In this document: piece by piece, positions 43,290-58,451 of the stretch
Layout: every line of letters begins with the position of its first letter
Numbering within the stretch: the stretch's first letter is position 1
NCBI RefSeq assembly: GCF_009914755.1
Contig: NC_060930.1
DNA: 64,000 bases
Reading direction: 5' to 3' (one strand)
From: the human T2T-CHM13v2.0 reference genome, Homo sapiens
The notes under the pieces: generated by a model
The model's input: only the letters and a program-made list of their open reading frames with translations
What the model was told of the DNA's origin: nothing
Databases searched by the model: none
Translations under genes and position numbers: made by a program

Positions 43290-44900
43290 ATTTTGTCTGT
43301 ATTTTCAGATGACTCTATTGTCTATGTAGAAAATTCTAAGGAATCTACCAAAAAGTTACTAAAACTAATAAGTGAGTATAGTAAATTTGCACAATCCAAG
43401 GTCAATATAAAAATCAATTATAATTCTATATATTGGCAATGAACAGTTGAAAATTGGAACAAAGAAATTATACCATTAATGGTAACATAAAAATATATGA
43501 ACTACATAGGGAATATATTAAATATGTATGTGACCTATACACTGAAAAACTACAAAACATTACTGACAGAAACTAGAGAACAGCTAAATAAGTGAAAAGT
43601 ATACTGAGTTCACATTGGAAGCTCAATATTGTTAAGATGTCATTTCTCCCTGGATTGCTGTACAGATTCAATATATTCTCAGTCAAAATACTTATGCGTC
43701 CTGGGGTAAAAATTAGCAAGCCAATTATATAATTTATGTTGAAATCCAAAGGACTTAGAGCAGCATAAATAACTTTGGGATGGGGTGACAAAGTTGGAGA
43801 ACTTCCATTATCTGATTTCGAGAATTACTATAGTAAACAAGCTAATGTGGTATTAGCATAAGGATAGGTATATAGATCAATAGAACAGAATAGAGAATCC
43901 AGAAATAAATCGAGACAATATGGTAAATAGGTTATTGACAAAAATGTCAATATGAATGGAGAAATCATAGCATTTTCAACAATGGTGCTGGAACAATTTT
44001 GTATACAAAAATAAATGTATCTCATACCATAAATAAAAATTATTTCAAAATACATCAGCAAAACTATAAGACTTCGAGAAGAGAAGCACAGAACAAAATC
44101 TTTGTGACTTCAGGTTAGGCAAAGATTTCTTAGATGGAACATAGAAAGCATGAATCAAAAAAGAAAAAATGAAATAAATTGGATTTCATGAATATTAACA
44201 TTTTCTGCTCTTCCAAAGACACTGTTAAGAAAATGAAAACGCAAGCCACAAACAAGGAGAAAATATTTGCAACTCATATACTTGATAAGGGATATATAAT
44301 TCAGAATATATGAAACAACTTGTAATGCAGCCACAAGAAAACAACCTGATTTTTTAATGGACAAAAGATTTGAACAGACAGTTGACCAAAGAAGGAAGAC
44401 ATACAGATGGCAAACAAATGCATGAAAAGATGCTCAATATCATTAGTCACTGGGGATATGCACATTAAAACGAGAATGAAATACCACTGCACATCTTTTA
44501 GAATGGCTAAATTTTAAAAAAGAAGAAGAGGAAGAAAAGAAGATACCAAGGTCTAGTGTGGATGTGGAGAACTGGAACTCTCACATATTGTTGATAGGAA
44601 TAAAAAATGATATGGCTACCATATATGAAAACATATATTCTACACATATTGTACACAAATTTTCAAAACAGCTTTATTTTGTAAGAGCCAAAAACTGGAA
44701 ACAACCCAAATGTCCAACAGGAGGTTGTGACATATTCATACAGTAAGATAATACTAAACAATCAAAAGGAATGGGCATACAAAAACCTGGATGAATCACA
44801 TTAATATTATGCAGAGCAAAAGAAATCAGACACAAAAGATTTAAGCTAGATTACTTTATATAAAATTCTAGAAAAGACAAAACTAAATTATGGTGCACTT
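43290..44900 (+). mobile_element. Old L1M (MD/ME-type) ORF2 3' region and 3'UTR
   Basis: Degenerate RT region (TTTTCAGATGAC...TATGTAGAAAATTCTAAGG) and C-terminal motifs. Confidence 0.8.
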
Positions 44901-44969
44901 TACAAAACAAAGGTAAGCACATAATTGTAATGGTGCAAATGAATATCTTGTTCTCTACTGGATTTACAC

Positions 44970-45330
44970 TAGGTGCTGTGACAGATGATCCCTAAAATCT
45001 CAGTGCTCTAGCACACCAAAGGTCACTTCTCCCTCACTCAAAGTCCAAAGCAGGTTGCCAAAGGATTTTCCTTCTACTCCACAACTCAGGGGCACCGGCT
45101 GTCTCCATCTTGGATGTTGCGATCACAAATGTAGTTTTCAATGTTTCTGGAGTTGAGTTAGCAGCAGAGGAAGTACACCAGCTCTTAACTGCCTTGGGCC
45201 AGAAGTCACACGTGTCACTTCCATTCATAGTCCATTGGTCAGCCCTAGTCATCTGGCCCTGACCTAATTTCAAAGGAGGTAGGGGAATTTAGAGTAGAAA
45301 ATGGAATTTTTAGTGAGCAGTGAATGAGCC
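44970..45330 (-). mobile_element. MLT1-family MaLR LTR (old)
   Basis: AAAATCTCAGTG...GGCCAGAAGTCACACGTGTCACTTCC...CCATTGGTCAG motifs. Confidence 0.6.
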
Positions 45331-46004
45331 ACATACATTTTAACAACTTCAAGGTATGGATAAAGGATGAAGGAAGTTTAAAGCCTGAGGCAGTTTTAAA
45401 AAGATGCTCTACGTATTAGACTGGAAAGGAAGGAGAGTGGATAGGTGTGCTCTGAAGACAAACTGTTTCAAAATTTTCCTTGGGTAGACCAATCCCCTTC
45501 TGCTGGTCACTTATCATCTGCCTGTCTATTCTTGGATGAAATATTGACCATCTCCCTGCTGTCTTCTCATCTCTAACATGGTAATAACTCATTATTTGAC
45601 TAACACATTGAGCAAATATACTAGTAGTGCCACAGCAATAAAACTATTGTAAACTTCACCATAATACTGGGGTTTGAAAAATCTAATCATGTAAAATTTG
45701 GTGTTATTAATGTAAGATTAAAGAACTGATCGGGATAAACCTGCTGTTGAGAATAAGATTCAATTACAAGCTGTGTCATAGGCAAATTTAGGTTATTACA
45801 AGACACTTTATCATAGGGATTCTTTTTGTGTAAATGCAATGATTATCACCATGAATTTCTGTGAGAAGAAAGCTAGCCTATGAAAGATCATTTTCTAATA
45901 TTTTTTAAAGTATTTACTTAGAACAAACTATGAGGTGCCATAGTACAATGCTAACTATGCAAAATTTAATTGAAATGATTAATTCTCAATGAGCTTAGTG
46001 TTTC

Positions 46005-46560
46005 AATCAACAACATTTATTGTGCCCCTAATAAAGGGCAAGCATCTGAGAAATGTTCATGTGTTATCTCATTTTGGCTCTACAACTCTAGGCATTACTA
46101 TCTCTCTCTCTCTGTTTGTTACAACTGAAATGTGAGGCTCAAGGAAATTATTTGTCAGTAGGTGAGAAATAACAGACAAGATTTGAGACGAGGTCTTCTG
46201 ACACCGACATTTCTTCTGCTACAACCCTAGCTAGCTTCAGCTGAGGTCACAGAAAAGTATTTTATTTAATAACCTTTTTGACATCATTACTGTGCTTTCA
46301 CTTTTTTGCTAGACTTATTTGTAAATATCAATTACTAATAGTAGCAAGGCAGCTAAAGAAAGTGCAGTGCAGTACCTTGGAACAGATGTTCAATGTAAGG
46401 CACATTCCTCATAAAGCAGATATCTTGCACCCATTTGCAGAGGATGAAATCAAGACTCAGAGAATTTAAGTGACTGCTTTAAGGTGACACTTTTTACTAC
46501 TGAGCTACTATTTGAACTCAATCTGTCCGATCCAGTTCCATTTCACAGTACCCAGCACCT
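46005..46560 (-). mobile_element. Two MIR fragments
   Basis: CCCATTTGCAGAGGATGAAATCAAGACTCAGAGA and GAAATGTGAGGCTCAAGG cores. Confidence 0.6.
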
Positions 46561-47386
46561 CTCTATTTGCAGCTGAAGAGAAATCCCATAAATGTTTCAC
46601 ATATGTATGTGATAGAATTAGCTCTGAAATAAGTTAAATTTTACAAAAACACAATTGACTATTATAAAATAACTGGCAGTCTTATGAAAAATTTCTATAA
46701 CATTCATTTATCACACCGCTATATTGGAATAGGGCACAAACAAAGAAAAATGTGAATCAGAGAAAAACTATTCTTAATCAACTGTATATATATTCACAAT
46801 GTTTATTATAAATTATTATGATAAAAAGAAAGCTGTCTTTTAATAGATGAATATTAGTAGAATATTCTATTAGCATTCATCAAACGATCCTAAAACATGT
46901 AAGGTCATATGTGTTTTACAAAAGAATATCCGCCAGAGATGAGGTTATCCACAAGCAATTGACTTCTCTTCATGTCAGGCTGACCTGGCCTTAGCTGTAA
47001 TTTCTGATGAAGAAGCTACAATCACACCCAGTCATTTAGGTATTTGGCGATCCAGTTGCTAAGGAAAATCAAGATATTTGGATGAACATTTGGCAGGGAG
47101 TCTCTGAGAAATGCACTGCATCCTGACACATGCTCTATAGCCCATGAAGGTCTGCAAGGTCAACTCCAGAATTTACATGCAGTGAGGAGTGGGGTTTAGG
47201 GGCAAGAGATCTTGATCTGCTATATTGGCTTTTGCCTATACTTCACATTAGATTGAGGAAGTGTCAATTGTCCCCATCAGAGGAAAAGAGGAGTCAGGGC
47301 CCAAGACTTGTGGAAATAACGAAAGGAGCAGGGTAAGTTTTCTAACAAGAGAACAATTATTTTGCATCTAAGACCAGAGATCACCC

Positions 47387-47388
<2 letters not shown>

Positions 47389-47438
<50 letters not shown>

Positions 47439-47445
47439 AAAAAAA
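47389..47445. repeat. (AC)14 fused to A29
   Basis: Seen directly in the sequence. Confidence 0.9.
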
Positions 47446-50400
47446 CAGGTTTTGTGACACTCCAGTATGGCAGCAAATAAGTCCATGCCCTCTGGGGGCA
47501 TTGGTTGGAGCTGCCGAAACTTTGTGCCTGGGAGCCATAGGCAGCTTACGAGAAATCAAGAGACTACCCATGGAGAATAGCCTGGACAAAGGATAATTCA
47601 GCAGATGTCATTATGAAAAGATGAATCCACACCAGATTCCTGCCCCTACCCTTCTCTTTCTCCTGGCCTGGGAGATATCACACCACCTGGAATTTAAAAC
47701 AACTCTGAGAGCAAGAGATGTTTTGCTTGAGTAGACTGACATATTTTGCCATGGAGCAGGGGATCTCATAGAAATTTTTAAAATATGATTTTAAAAAAAT
47801 GTTAGTTTTCATGCACATTTGGATTTGTAGAATGAGTTTTGTCCCCCCACACCTGTGTTAACCTAATGGCTAGACAAATAGAGTCAAAACTGCTTAGTTC
47901 TTTCTACTTCTGTCACATGCCCGTGAATAGTGCTGATGTGCTCACTTATTCCTTCACCATTGCTATAAATCCCACTCACCACAGCTCTATCACTTACATT
48001 CTATGTGGCTGAAAATTAGTCAGTCTCTCTGGATCTCAGTTTTCTTATACAAAAAACATAAATAGTATGACATTTCTGATCATCCTAAAAATCAAATGCT
48101 AATGTTAACACTGTTTTCAGCTTTAAGCTGGCCCTACCTGTCCACATCCTATGAACTCATTTCCAGAAAAGCAAGTTCAGACCTCCACTATGATTTCAAG
48201 AACTCATTCTAAACTTTACTTTAAGCCTCAGTCTTAACTTACTTGCTCTCATTCTGCCTTTGCTCCAATCTCATCTCAATCTGATCTCAAACTCTCCATC
48301 TCTGACCCTGCCCTCAATCCTGCCTTTAGCACTGTGAACTTCATGTTTATACAACATCTTCCAAGGTGTGACCTGTGACATTTCCTGTGGACTTTGACTT
48401 GACTGTATGCCCTACTGTAGAAGTCTTATTCTACCCTGTGTATAACATTCCCTCCTCCAAGCTCAGCTCTACTGAATGCAAATCTTCACTCTGGCAGTTC
48501 ATCACATATCTAGTCTGACCAGCCCTGATCTCAGTGTAAATAGTGAAGCTGGCCAGAAAAAAATGGAGGGGAAAGCTCTTTGAAAAGTTTTAAACATGAA
48601 GTTATCCCATTAGTGGTCACCGTTTCTCTAGCCAACATCCAGTACCTAAAAAGAGCACATTGCCTGCTCCTTCCTTTTGCCACCCTGAAATCTTCTGACT
48701 GCCCCTCCATCGGATCCTCCCCTACTCTGCCTGTTCACAATCAAGTCTCCATAGAGTATCCCAGAAAGCCCCAAATGATTTTAGGCTTGTACATTTTATG
48801 AGTGACAGCATTTGGTAGAAGAATGGCCATAGAGTCAGATTAAGTTCAAATATCTCCACAATTTACTGTGCGGTGCACGGTATGTACTAGGTACTCAGTA
48901 TTAGCTTTTCACTACTCCCACCTTTCCTTACTTTGCCCTAACAGTTGGGTTACTTGTTTCCAGGAGGGCTCACTCTGGAACACTTTATTTTGGAGAAAAC
49001 AGAACTGGATGGGTCACTTCAGTGGGATGATAAGGGCAGCCACACCTCAATGCTCAACTATACCCCTATTATCAATTCACTACTCTGTCTGTGATGTTGC
49101 CTCCTGGGTTACTGATTGGGGTGTCATGGGATGCCAGTTGTAAAGACCAGATACCACCAGGTCCACTCAAGGCTCCAACTCTGGGATACTTACTTGAGAA
49201 ATAAGTAATCACTCCAAGGAGCTCCCTATCTGTATTTTTTAGCTCAGATTTATGTGCGTTGTTGCATGGTCTGTAGCTTGCCCTCTTAGCACTTCTTCCA
49301 AAGTAAGCCTAAAGCCCAAGTCTAACAGGCTATTGGGTCACTGTAACACACGGACATTAGGACAAAGGGGATGGGCTTGATAATTTTTGGGGGTCAAGTT
49401 AACAATGCACCTGCTGAGCACCTGCAAGGTAATTCCTTGTATGTATGAGACAAAATGTAGTGGATGGAAAAAGGCAAAGGCTGGCCTATCAGCCCAAAAG
49501 AGATGAAGAGACAGCCATTGTTTTCCTGAAGATTCAAAGTGAAGCCTTCTTTCTAGTTTCTCTAGTTAGGGGCCAGGAGGTCAATGTCCCCCATCTCATG
49601 GGGCTGGAGTGTTTACCTTCAGTAAATGCAAAGAATCACCTCGAGGTGATTATTACCACATTCTTATCATCTCCAACAGCTGCTTGCTAAATAAGGAGCA
49701 GGAACATCCAAGGATCATAAGGACCAAGACCATGATAGGGAAGGAATTTGAGATAGTTAGACAAGAAATTAAAATTACCTCCACACCTCTTTCAGTTAAC
49801 GTAAGAGAAAACTCTGAAATATATGCTTGGTACTCTTATTCTAAAACAGTGTGTCCAATTTTTGATTATATTTTTTTAAAAAGATTTCCAACTTTTGAGG
49901 ATGGAAATAATTCAGTATATAATGTCTGAGTCTGAGCATGTAGAAAAAAAGCTCAGCATTAACTGCCTTTAATAACATACTAATTGTAACAAAGAAATAG
50001 TGTGAAATATTGAAAAGCTCATGTAGCTATGTCTTAAAGGGTTGAAATAACCTAAATTACAAAGTGATAGAGGTCCCTATTGAGTGTAGATAATTTATGA
50101 TGTTTGTGCAGGGAGAGACATTAGCCAACCACAATTCATGCTAAGCAGAATTTTGAACAAAGTCCAGATGGTGTTTCAGCAGCAAAATGCAGTTATCCTG
50201 GGACTATCTAGTGACCAACAAAATCACTTAAGTCAAGCTCACTGTTCCGTGTAAGAATCAAGTTCAACAGAAGCAGAAACAATGGAAAACAGTTGCACAA
50301 TATTTTTATATTGGAAATTACACTGTTATCTTTATTTTATAAACTAATTTTTATTTAATGCACAAATTATATATGTACTGCAATAAAGGAAACAAGGGAA

Positions 50401-52339
50401 ATTCCACATTCCCATCATCCTAATACACACAAATAATTACAAGCACACAAGATTCAGCACAACCAGAATCAAAGCATATCTTCAATTTGTATTCTGCTTT
50501 TTTTAAAAATGTAATTAAGTGTTAAGTAATTATTTTGTATTATCATTTTTTTGGTGGCTTCAGAGCATTCTGTGTAAATTTTGTACCATGGTATACTATT
50601 CAAGTCCCCTCTAAACTCCCTAGTTAGTATTCCTCCAGTTTTTTTTTTTAACTCTTGTAAATAAAACTACAAAGACTATCTCAAGCAAATAACCATTATT
50701 ATCCCTTTTGATTTTTCCCCTTTAGGCAACACAGTCCTTTTAAAAATGTGACACTATAACTCCATATGTCCTTCAAATGAATTTTGGAACTTTTTGAAAA
50801 ATTATTTGTTTTATGTTTAGTGTGTCCCCACATCTGTGCTAACATCTCCACATTAAAATTTTCTATTTCATAACACTGTCTCCAAGTTCTGTTGAGCTCA
50901 GATGACTGCTCACAGCAAGTTCCATTTTACTTGGCTCCAATCAATTACAGGAATATGGATGATTTACAATCCAAATCATTTGAGCTCATACATTTCACAT
51001 AGGGTAAAACAGAGTTGACAACCTCACTTGAAAATGTTAAAAGAGTGGTCCCTGTTTTCATGCACTAGTAAGTGATTTCTCAGTTAAATCTGCATGAATT
51101 TGAATATGTAATAGAGCCAAAATAGCATACAAGTCTGGATTTTGTGGAATGCACAGCATGAGATCATTTCTATACTGAGATTAAGCATTTCATTAATTAC
51201 CTAAGTCTCAAATCTATTTCTCCTTTTTATTCTTGATTCAGTAACTCCCTTCACGCTACTGTTTCTTTTATAGAAATAGAAAAAGATAGAAATATTTTTC
51301 ATGGAAAAAATAATTAAAGTTGTGGAGTTTTTAAAAAAATAAACTACTAACAGAAATCTGCTTGTACCAATTTTGTATGGTTCTAAATTGCCTGAAAGCT
51401 CTACATTGTTAAATTGCTTTTCCCTCTGTCCTCCTCTCCAGTGCTTGTTTACTGAAGAAAGATATGGGACAAGGGGCTCACTTTCTTACACAGGCTGAAG
51501 CCAACAAGGCAATTTGGAAAAGACCAAGAAAACAAGCTTTGGATTGTCTTCTTCTAAAGTAATTGACAAGCTGACGCAATTCGTATGAGTATTAAAGAGG
51601 AATTGATACTGATGACATTATCAAACAAATTCATGTTTGAATTTTTACAAAAAAAAATAGAGTCTTCAGCTGCCTTAGCAAAGCATAGTTTGGGAATGAT
51701 AAAAGTGAGTTTTTAAATATTTAAAAAACATCATATAAAATATGCTTCCAGCAAAGTGAGTTGATAAGGAGAGAGATTATAGGCCTTAATTTGAAACTAG
51801 AAACAGCAAAGGAATTCAATTTAATTTTCACAGATAGTAAACTTGTAGTTCATAATCAATGATTAGAATTAAACTCACTAGAATTAGAGGAAGAATTAGA
51901 ATTAGAGGAAGAAAAAAATAATAAATAAATAAATATTTAAAAATTGATATTCACTGCTATGTGTGAATATCCATTTAGTAATGTAGCTGATTTTAGCCTA
52001 ATCTCTATGCTGTGATTTTCCATAATGTTGTCTCACATGAAACAGAAGTTTGGACAAAATCAGATTCAGGAAATAAGTTTGCCTGACAGACCATTCATTT
52101 TAGGAAAGAAATATCATTTTACATGAAATATATAATTCTGCTACATTCAGCACCATAATAAAAAGGAAGCAACTGACTTCACTTAGGAGCAAGTTAACAC
52201 AGACCATGAGGGCATTATAGGCAGCAAAGTGTTTTAGGAAAGACTAACAAGACTGAGCTCTGAAGAAGAAGGTACTGATTATTATAAGCCATCAAGGCAT
52301 TCAACCTGATGTTGAGTAAAATGTTTGATCCTTATCTAA

Positions 52340-52694
<355 letters not shown>

Positions 52695-52916
52695 TCCCAT
52701 ATTTTTTAAAGAAAGGACCATTGAAAAGTCCTGCCAATTATATTTAAGTACTGGGAATACAATGATTTCTGTGTTACTGATCATATTCAAATTAGATTCA
52801 GAAACTACTATAGCAAGCTAAATCCTCTGTTTCATTTGTTTACATTTCATTTATTTTTTAAAACAATTCTATCCTCTGGCTTTCTCTTACTACATGTGTA
52901 TAACTTTTACTGCCTT

Positions 52917-53225
52917 GTTTTTATTTTATTTTACTATTTTTTTGAGACAGACTCGCTCTGTCACCCAGGCTGAAGTGCAGTAGCACAAAAATGGCTCACT
53001 GAAACCTTGACCTCCCAGGCTCAAGCAACCCTGCCATCTCAGCCTCTCAAATAGCTGGAACTACAGGCACCCACCACCACACCTGGCTATTTTATTATTA
53101 TTATTATTTTTTTTTTTTTTTTTTTTGGTAGAGATGAGCTCTTGTTATGTTGCCCAGGAAAGCAATCATCCTGCCTTGGCCTTTCAAAATGCTGGGATGA
53201 AAGGCATGAGCTATAGCACCTGGCT
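52917..53225 (-). mobile_element. AluJ with expanded middle A-tract and a left-arm deletion
   Basis: TTGACCTCCCAGGCTCAAGC and TATGTTGCCCAGG J diagnostics. Confidence 0.88.
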
Positions 53226-53554
53226 ATTTCATTTTTAAGGAGAAAACAGGGTATAATTTATAAATAAATATACTACAGATGGGTGATATTTCTAGACTGA
53301 TTAAAAAGGTTCACCTTGGTCTCATAGAGTTCCAACAAACCTAATGACCTCCAAGATGAATTAAAGATTAATAGATATTTTAAAATTTCTAAACATATAT
53401 GCAGAAAGAATAGTGCTGTTTCCATGGGAAATAGAAAAGTTTAAGAGGCAATCACTACTTCAAGTTGTAGATTCAAGTCGAAGACTGGGCTGTTTGGAGT
53501 TTCTGCAAAGGGAGATACCATTTGGAAAGGTGGGATGGCAGTATTGGTTACACC

Positions 53555-53665
53555 ATGGCTGTGGGTGGGGGTACTATTGGCATTTAGAGCCCAGAAACCA
53601 GAGATACACAATGTCCTCAATGCCCCAGATGGCTCTACATACCAAAGAATTATCCAAAACAAAAT
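53555..53665. mobile_element. MER20-like hAT-Charlie relic
   Basis: GGGTACTATTGGCATTTAG...CAAAGAATTATCCA. Confidence 0.5.
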
Positions 53666-53756
53666 TGTGATTCCCTTTCCCCACTCCTTTCTCCAACTGG
53701 AAAATACTTGGTGGAATCCCTGGGGAGCTTGAACTTGATTCTTCAGTCCCCGCTGT

Positions 53757-56420
53757 ATTCATTCATTAACAAAAAACTATTGAACACCAACCGTGGGCCA
53801 GATAATATGCTAGGACTGGCAGAGACGCAAAGATGAACAAAGCTCAAGTCTGCTCTACGGAACTCACAATCTTTTGGGGAAAAATGATAAGAAAATCAGC
53901 AACCCTAACATAGAAAAACAATTGTTATAGTATAAAATGGAAGGAAGGAATCTAAGAGAAACCGTTAATTCATCAGGACTCACCTGAAGCTTTAATTCGG
54001 TGGGGATTATTAGGAAATATTTCCAAGGCAAGATAACACCTAAAATGTGTGCTCAACAAGTATTCATTTATTTCTTCACAAATATGTATTGAGAATAGGC
54101 TCTGTGCTACACACTGGAATTACAGCACTGAACAGGACAGACATTGTCCCTGTCTTTCATATAATGATGGGGTTAGTAAATATAATATTGACAGTGTAAT
54201 AAATGCCATGAAGGAAATTAGTTGTTCTGATAGAAAACATTAGGGGGATAGGAGCTACTCTGAAAATATGGTTAGAGAAAACCTCTCTAAGAAGGTGATA
54301 TTTGGGTTATGACATGAAGGATGAGAGGAGGGTGTCAAATGAGGTGGTAAAGGAGAGTAAAAAGGATCCCAAGAAGTAACTACAAGCAACTGAAAACAAC
54401 TTAGCCTGTTTTAGGAAGGGAAAGAAGAGTGATATGAATGGAGTGTAGTACACAGGTAGGAGAGTGAGGTGAGCTTGGGGAGGAGGCAGGAACCAGATGG
54501 CATTGAAGACTACTGCAAGAATTTTTAATTTTATTGAAAGTGTAAAGAGCAGCCATTAAGGAGTTTTAATCAGGAAAAAAATTGATATGATTTACTTTTA
54601 TAAAATATTATTGGGCTGCTATTGGGAAACTGAATTATAGAGAGGCAGACGTGGAAGCAGGGAGGCCAGACTATTTTGAGAATGCATATGAACAAAAGAT
54701 GGGGTTGGAATTCACAGGGCAGCAGTGGAAATGTAGAAAAAAGGAGGAGCAGAGACAACAAGGGAGGAATTTCAGATGATCCGCTTTGGACCTGGTAAAT
54801 TTAAGAAGCCTGAGACTCCCAAGTGAGGTATGCAGAAGATATTTCAGGTGAATATAAAACTCAGGAGTCATCAGCATATAGATAGTATTAATAGTTAAAG
54901 CCATGGAATTAGGTGAGATGTCCAAAAGAAAGTGTTTCAAGAGAGAGAAGAGTCTCGGATGGAGCTGATTAACACTTAGGGGTTAATTAGAGAAGAAAGA
55001 GACAGTGAAGGCTCAGAGGAAGCAGTCAGAGAAGACAGAAAAACCATGAGGAGTGAAGGGAGAAGAGACAAAGACAGGTTAGCCTGGAAGAAAAAGGTTA
55101 TGAAGAGGAGTAGGGAAGGGAGAAGAAAAGTTCAGATGGAGACAAGAGACGTGATTGAGAGAACATGAGCAGCACTGGGGACTCAAACTAGTCCAGCAGT
55201 CTAAAGGAAAGGGGATAGTGGAGGAGATACTGGCAATATTTTGGGAAAAGTGAAGAAGCATTAGATTATGACAGACTGTGGTTTACACTCTAAATAGTTT
55301 GAACTTTGTCATGAAGGCATTAGGGATCCTGATACGGTTTGGATCTGTGTCCTCACCCAAATCTCATGTCAAATTATAATCCTCAATGCCTAATGGGAGG
55401 TAAGGCCTAATGGGAGGTGATTGAATCCTCAATGCAATTTTAACACCATCTCCCTTTAAGCTGTCATTGAGGTGATATCCGGTGATATTCCTGTGATATC
55501 TGGCTGTTTAAAAGTGCCTGGTATCTCTCCTCTCTCTTCTCTTGCTCCTGCTCCAGCCATGTAGGACATGCCTGCTTCCTCTTAGCCTTCCGCCATGGTT
55601 GTGAGTTTCCTGAGGCCTCCCCAGAAGCCAAGCAGATGCCAGCATCATGCTTCCTGTACAGCCTGTGGAACTGTGAGCCAATTAAAACTCTTTTCTTTAT
55701 AAATTACCCAATATCAGGTATTTCTTTATAGCAGTGTGAGAATGGACTAATACAGATCCAATAGAGGATGTTAGGCAGGAAGGGGCCACCATATGATATG
55801 TGTTTAGAACATATATCTTCCTCAGTGAGGAAGAGGGCATGAGAAGAGAGAAGGGGAGTCAGTTTCAGGAATTTAGTTCAGTAAATTTTTTAAGGAAAAA
55901 CCTGATAGAGAGGAGGGATAGAGAGGAAGAAGTAGATCGGAGGGGTATTTATGAGGTAGAAAGCACAAGATTTGGAAATAGGAATGGTGAGGGAAGCCTA
56001 GAATGACTTTTAGCTTTAAACTTTCAGCTATTCCAAGATTTCTGGCACCATTAACCAAAGTAAGGAAAATAAGAGGAGGAGCAGGTCTGAGGGAGGAAGA
56101 TAATGAGTTTTACACATTGAGTTTGAGGTACCTGTGGCACATCCACTTGGAAATATGATCCTGAAGCAAAGGCAAGTGGCCTAAGGTATAAACTTTTTGG
56201 GAATTGTGGGTTCATGGGTGGTAGTTGAAAGCCATGCAAGAAGATGAAAAGGGAAATGAGACACCAGACAGCATTAGGGAATCCTGCATTCAAAGAGTGA
56301 GCTAAGGAAGGACTGGTCAGTCAAGCAGGAGAAAAATCAAGAAAGGGATGTCACAGAAGAAAGGAGAGAAGGAGGGTGTAGTCAATGGTATCAAATAACA
56401 TCAAATGTTACAAAGAGGTC
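53757..56420 (-). mobile_element. Cluster of L2 fragments interrupted by MSTA
   Basis: ATTCATTCATTAACAAA... 3' ends at ~53757 and ~54062; purine-rich L2 bodies. Confidence 0.65.
55330..55754 (+). mobile_element. MSTA MaLR solo LTR
   Basis: TGATACGGTTTGGATCTGTG...GGACTAATACA with a perfect 5-bp TSD GATCC (55325-29 and 55755-59). Confidence 0.93.
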
Positions 56421-58451
56421 AAGAAAGAAACTGTATGAATGCATGTAGATATATATATAATCTATAGAGGTAGATATTAATGCATAGCTTATAGGTGCAC
56501 ACGTATACTCCAGGTTTTAAAAAAAAAAACTGAGGAACTGAGCACAGAAAATTTCAATCATGGGCAAGGGAAAATAAAGATACTACCTTAGTTTCAGCAT
56601 CTTGTATCTTTGTCATTTAATTTGCATGAGTGTGGGAGGTGTTTAGTATGTGATATGAATATTGTATTTTGCATAGTATCAAGGAAAACTATACATTGAT
56701 GGCAGATATAATCACTGAATAAATGACAAAGAAAGAGGTGAGAAGCTATGATGTAAACATTTATTATAGCCTGTTAACAACCTGATCTATAAAACAAAAT
56801 TACTTTTAGTAATAGTTATGTAATAATTAGTAAGCATTATTTTTGAGTTGTTCTTTAGTTTTAAAGCAAACAAATCATTTTAAAAAGTAAAATTTAAATA
56901 TGTTACTCAAATTCAGTAAAATATTGCATGTATAAACTAAAATTTTCACTAACCAAACAAAAAGTCACACCTCATAAGTCACACTCTGTTCTACTCTTTT
57001 AGGTTTTAAATACAAATAAAAACTTGAAGGGGTCACTTAGTATGACAGAATTGAAGTAACTTGAGCTCTGTTTCTTTGTCTACCCTGGCTAACTTTGAAT
57101 CCTCTACTTAAATGTAGGAATATGTAGTGCCATAGGAGTCAGAGCTAAGAACTGCACACAAGGTAGGCTGAAAAGATTTAGAACAATTTTGAAATTATTC
57201 ATGAAAAGAATGCATATAGTGGCTGGGTGCTAATATTTTGGGGTGATTAGAAAAGGAAAGTCCTTCAAATTAACTTTAATGTAAACTAAAGTGTTTATTA
57301 AAGAATAAGTAATTTTAAGTCCTCATTTGAAGGCTATGTACATACTTAAAACTCAACAGGAATCATATCAGCTATTTAGAACATAGATCAACAGAAGAGA
57401 TTTTTTGAGGAGGAGGAATTTGGACATTGTTTAGAATTGCTGGCACATGATAATAAAAAAGTAGACCTACTCAGGTTTATTATTGTTTTGAATTCTATAC
57501 CTGAAACACACACCCTTACTATCTGCACCCAGGGCAGACCATGCCACCCACCCTGCTGTTGGTAAGCCCTTGGGGATAGGATTGGGCCTACATCAAGCAC
57601 CCTGATCACCATCATCACCATGCTTGCCCCCAGCTAGGCCCCACTGAGAACCAGCGTGTATCATGGCTTCACAGAGCAAAATATTCAAATTTGGTACATA
57701 CAAAAACCCTACAGGGATCTTTCCAGAGTTCTCTGCCTGGAGTGAGAGGAAGCATGAAATTGGGGGAAAGATAGTAAGGGCTGGACATGTAAAAAGGTTA
57801 TGCACATGGGGATCATATTTTTTTTTTAAATCAGCATGTTCTCCAAGGGAAAAAGTATAAGGAGACAAAGCCGGAAGGCTGAGGCCTGGGTAAAGGAGAA
57901 AAAAACAAAACAAAACTGAGCCAGTGAAGAGTTTGCCAGAATTTATAAAGAACTTAAGTGATTCAATAGCAGAAAAACAGAGTGATTAAAAAATGAGCAA
58001 AGGACCTGAATAGACATTTCTCCAAAGAAGACATAAAAAATGACCAACAGATATATGAAAATGTGTTCAGTGTAACTAATCGTCAGGGAAATGCAAATCA
58101 AAATCATAATGAAGTATCACCTCATATCTGTTAGGATGGCTATTACTAAAAATACAAGAGATAGTAAGTATTGGTGAGGGTATGGAGAAAAAAGAACTCT
58201 TTACACTGTTGGTGAGAATGTATATTGGTGGAGCCATTATAGAAACAATATGGGGGTTCCTGAAGAAATAAAAATAGAACTTCTATATGACTCAGCAATC
58301 CCTCTTTTTGGTATATGCCCAAAGGAAATGAAAGCACCACCTCATAAAGATATCTGCACTCCTGTGTTCATTGCAGAATTATTCACCATAGCCAAGATAT
58401 GGAAACAACCTAGGTGTCTGTTGACAGATAAATGGATTAAAAAGAAAACTG

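Noticed and set aside
49634-49651. Perfect 18-bp palindrome AATCACCTCGAGGTGATT
   Set aside because: About 0.25 expected by chance in 64 kb (4^-9 x 64000), with no supporting context.
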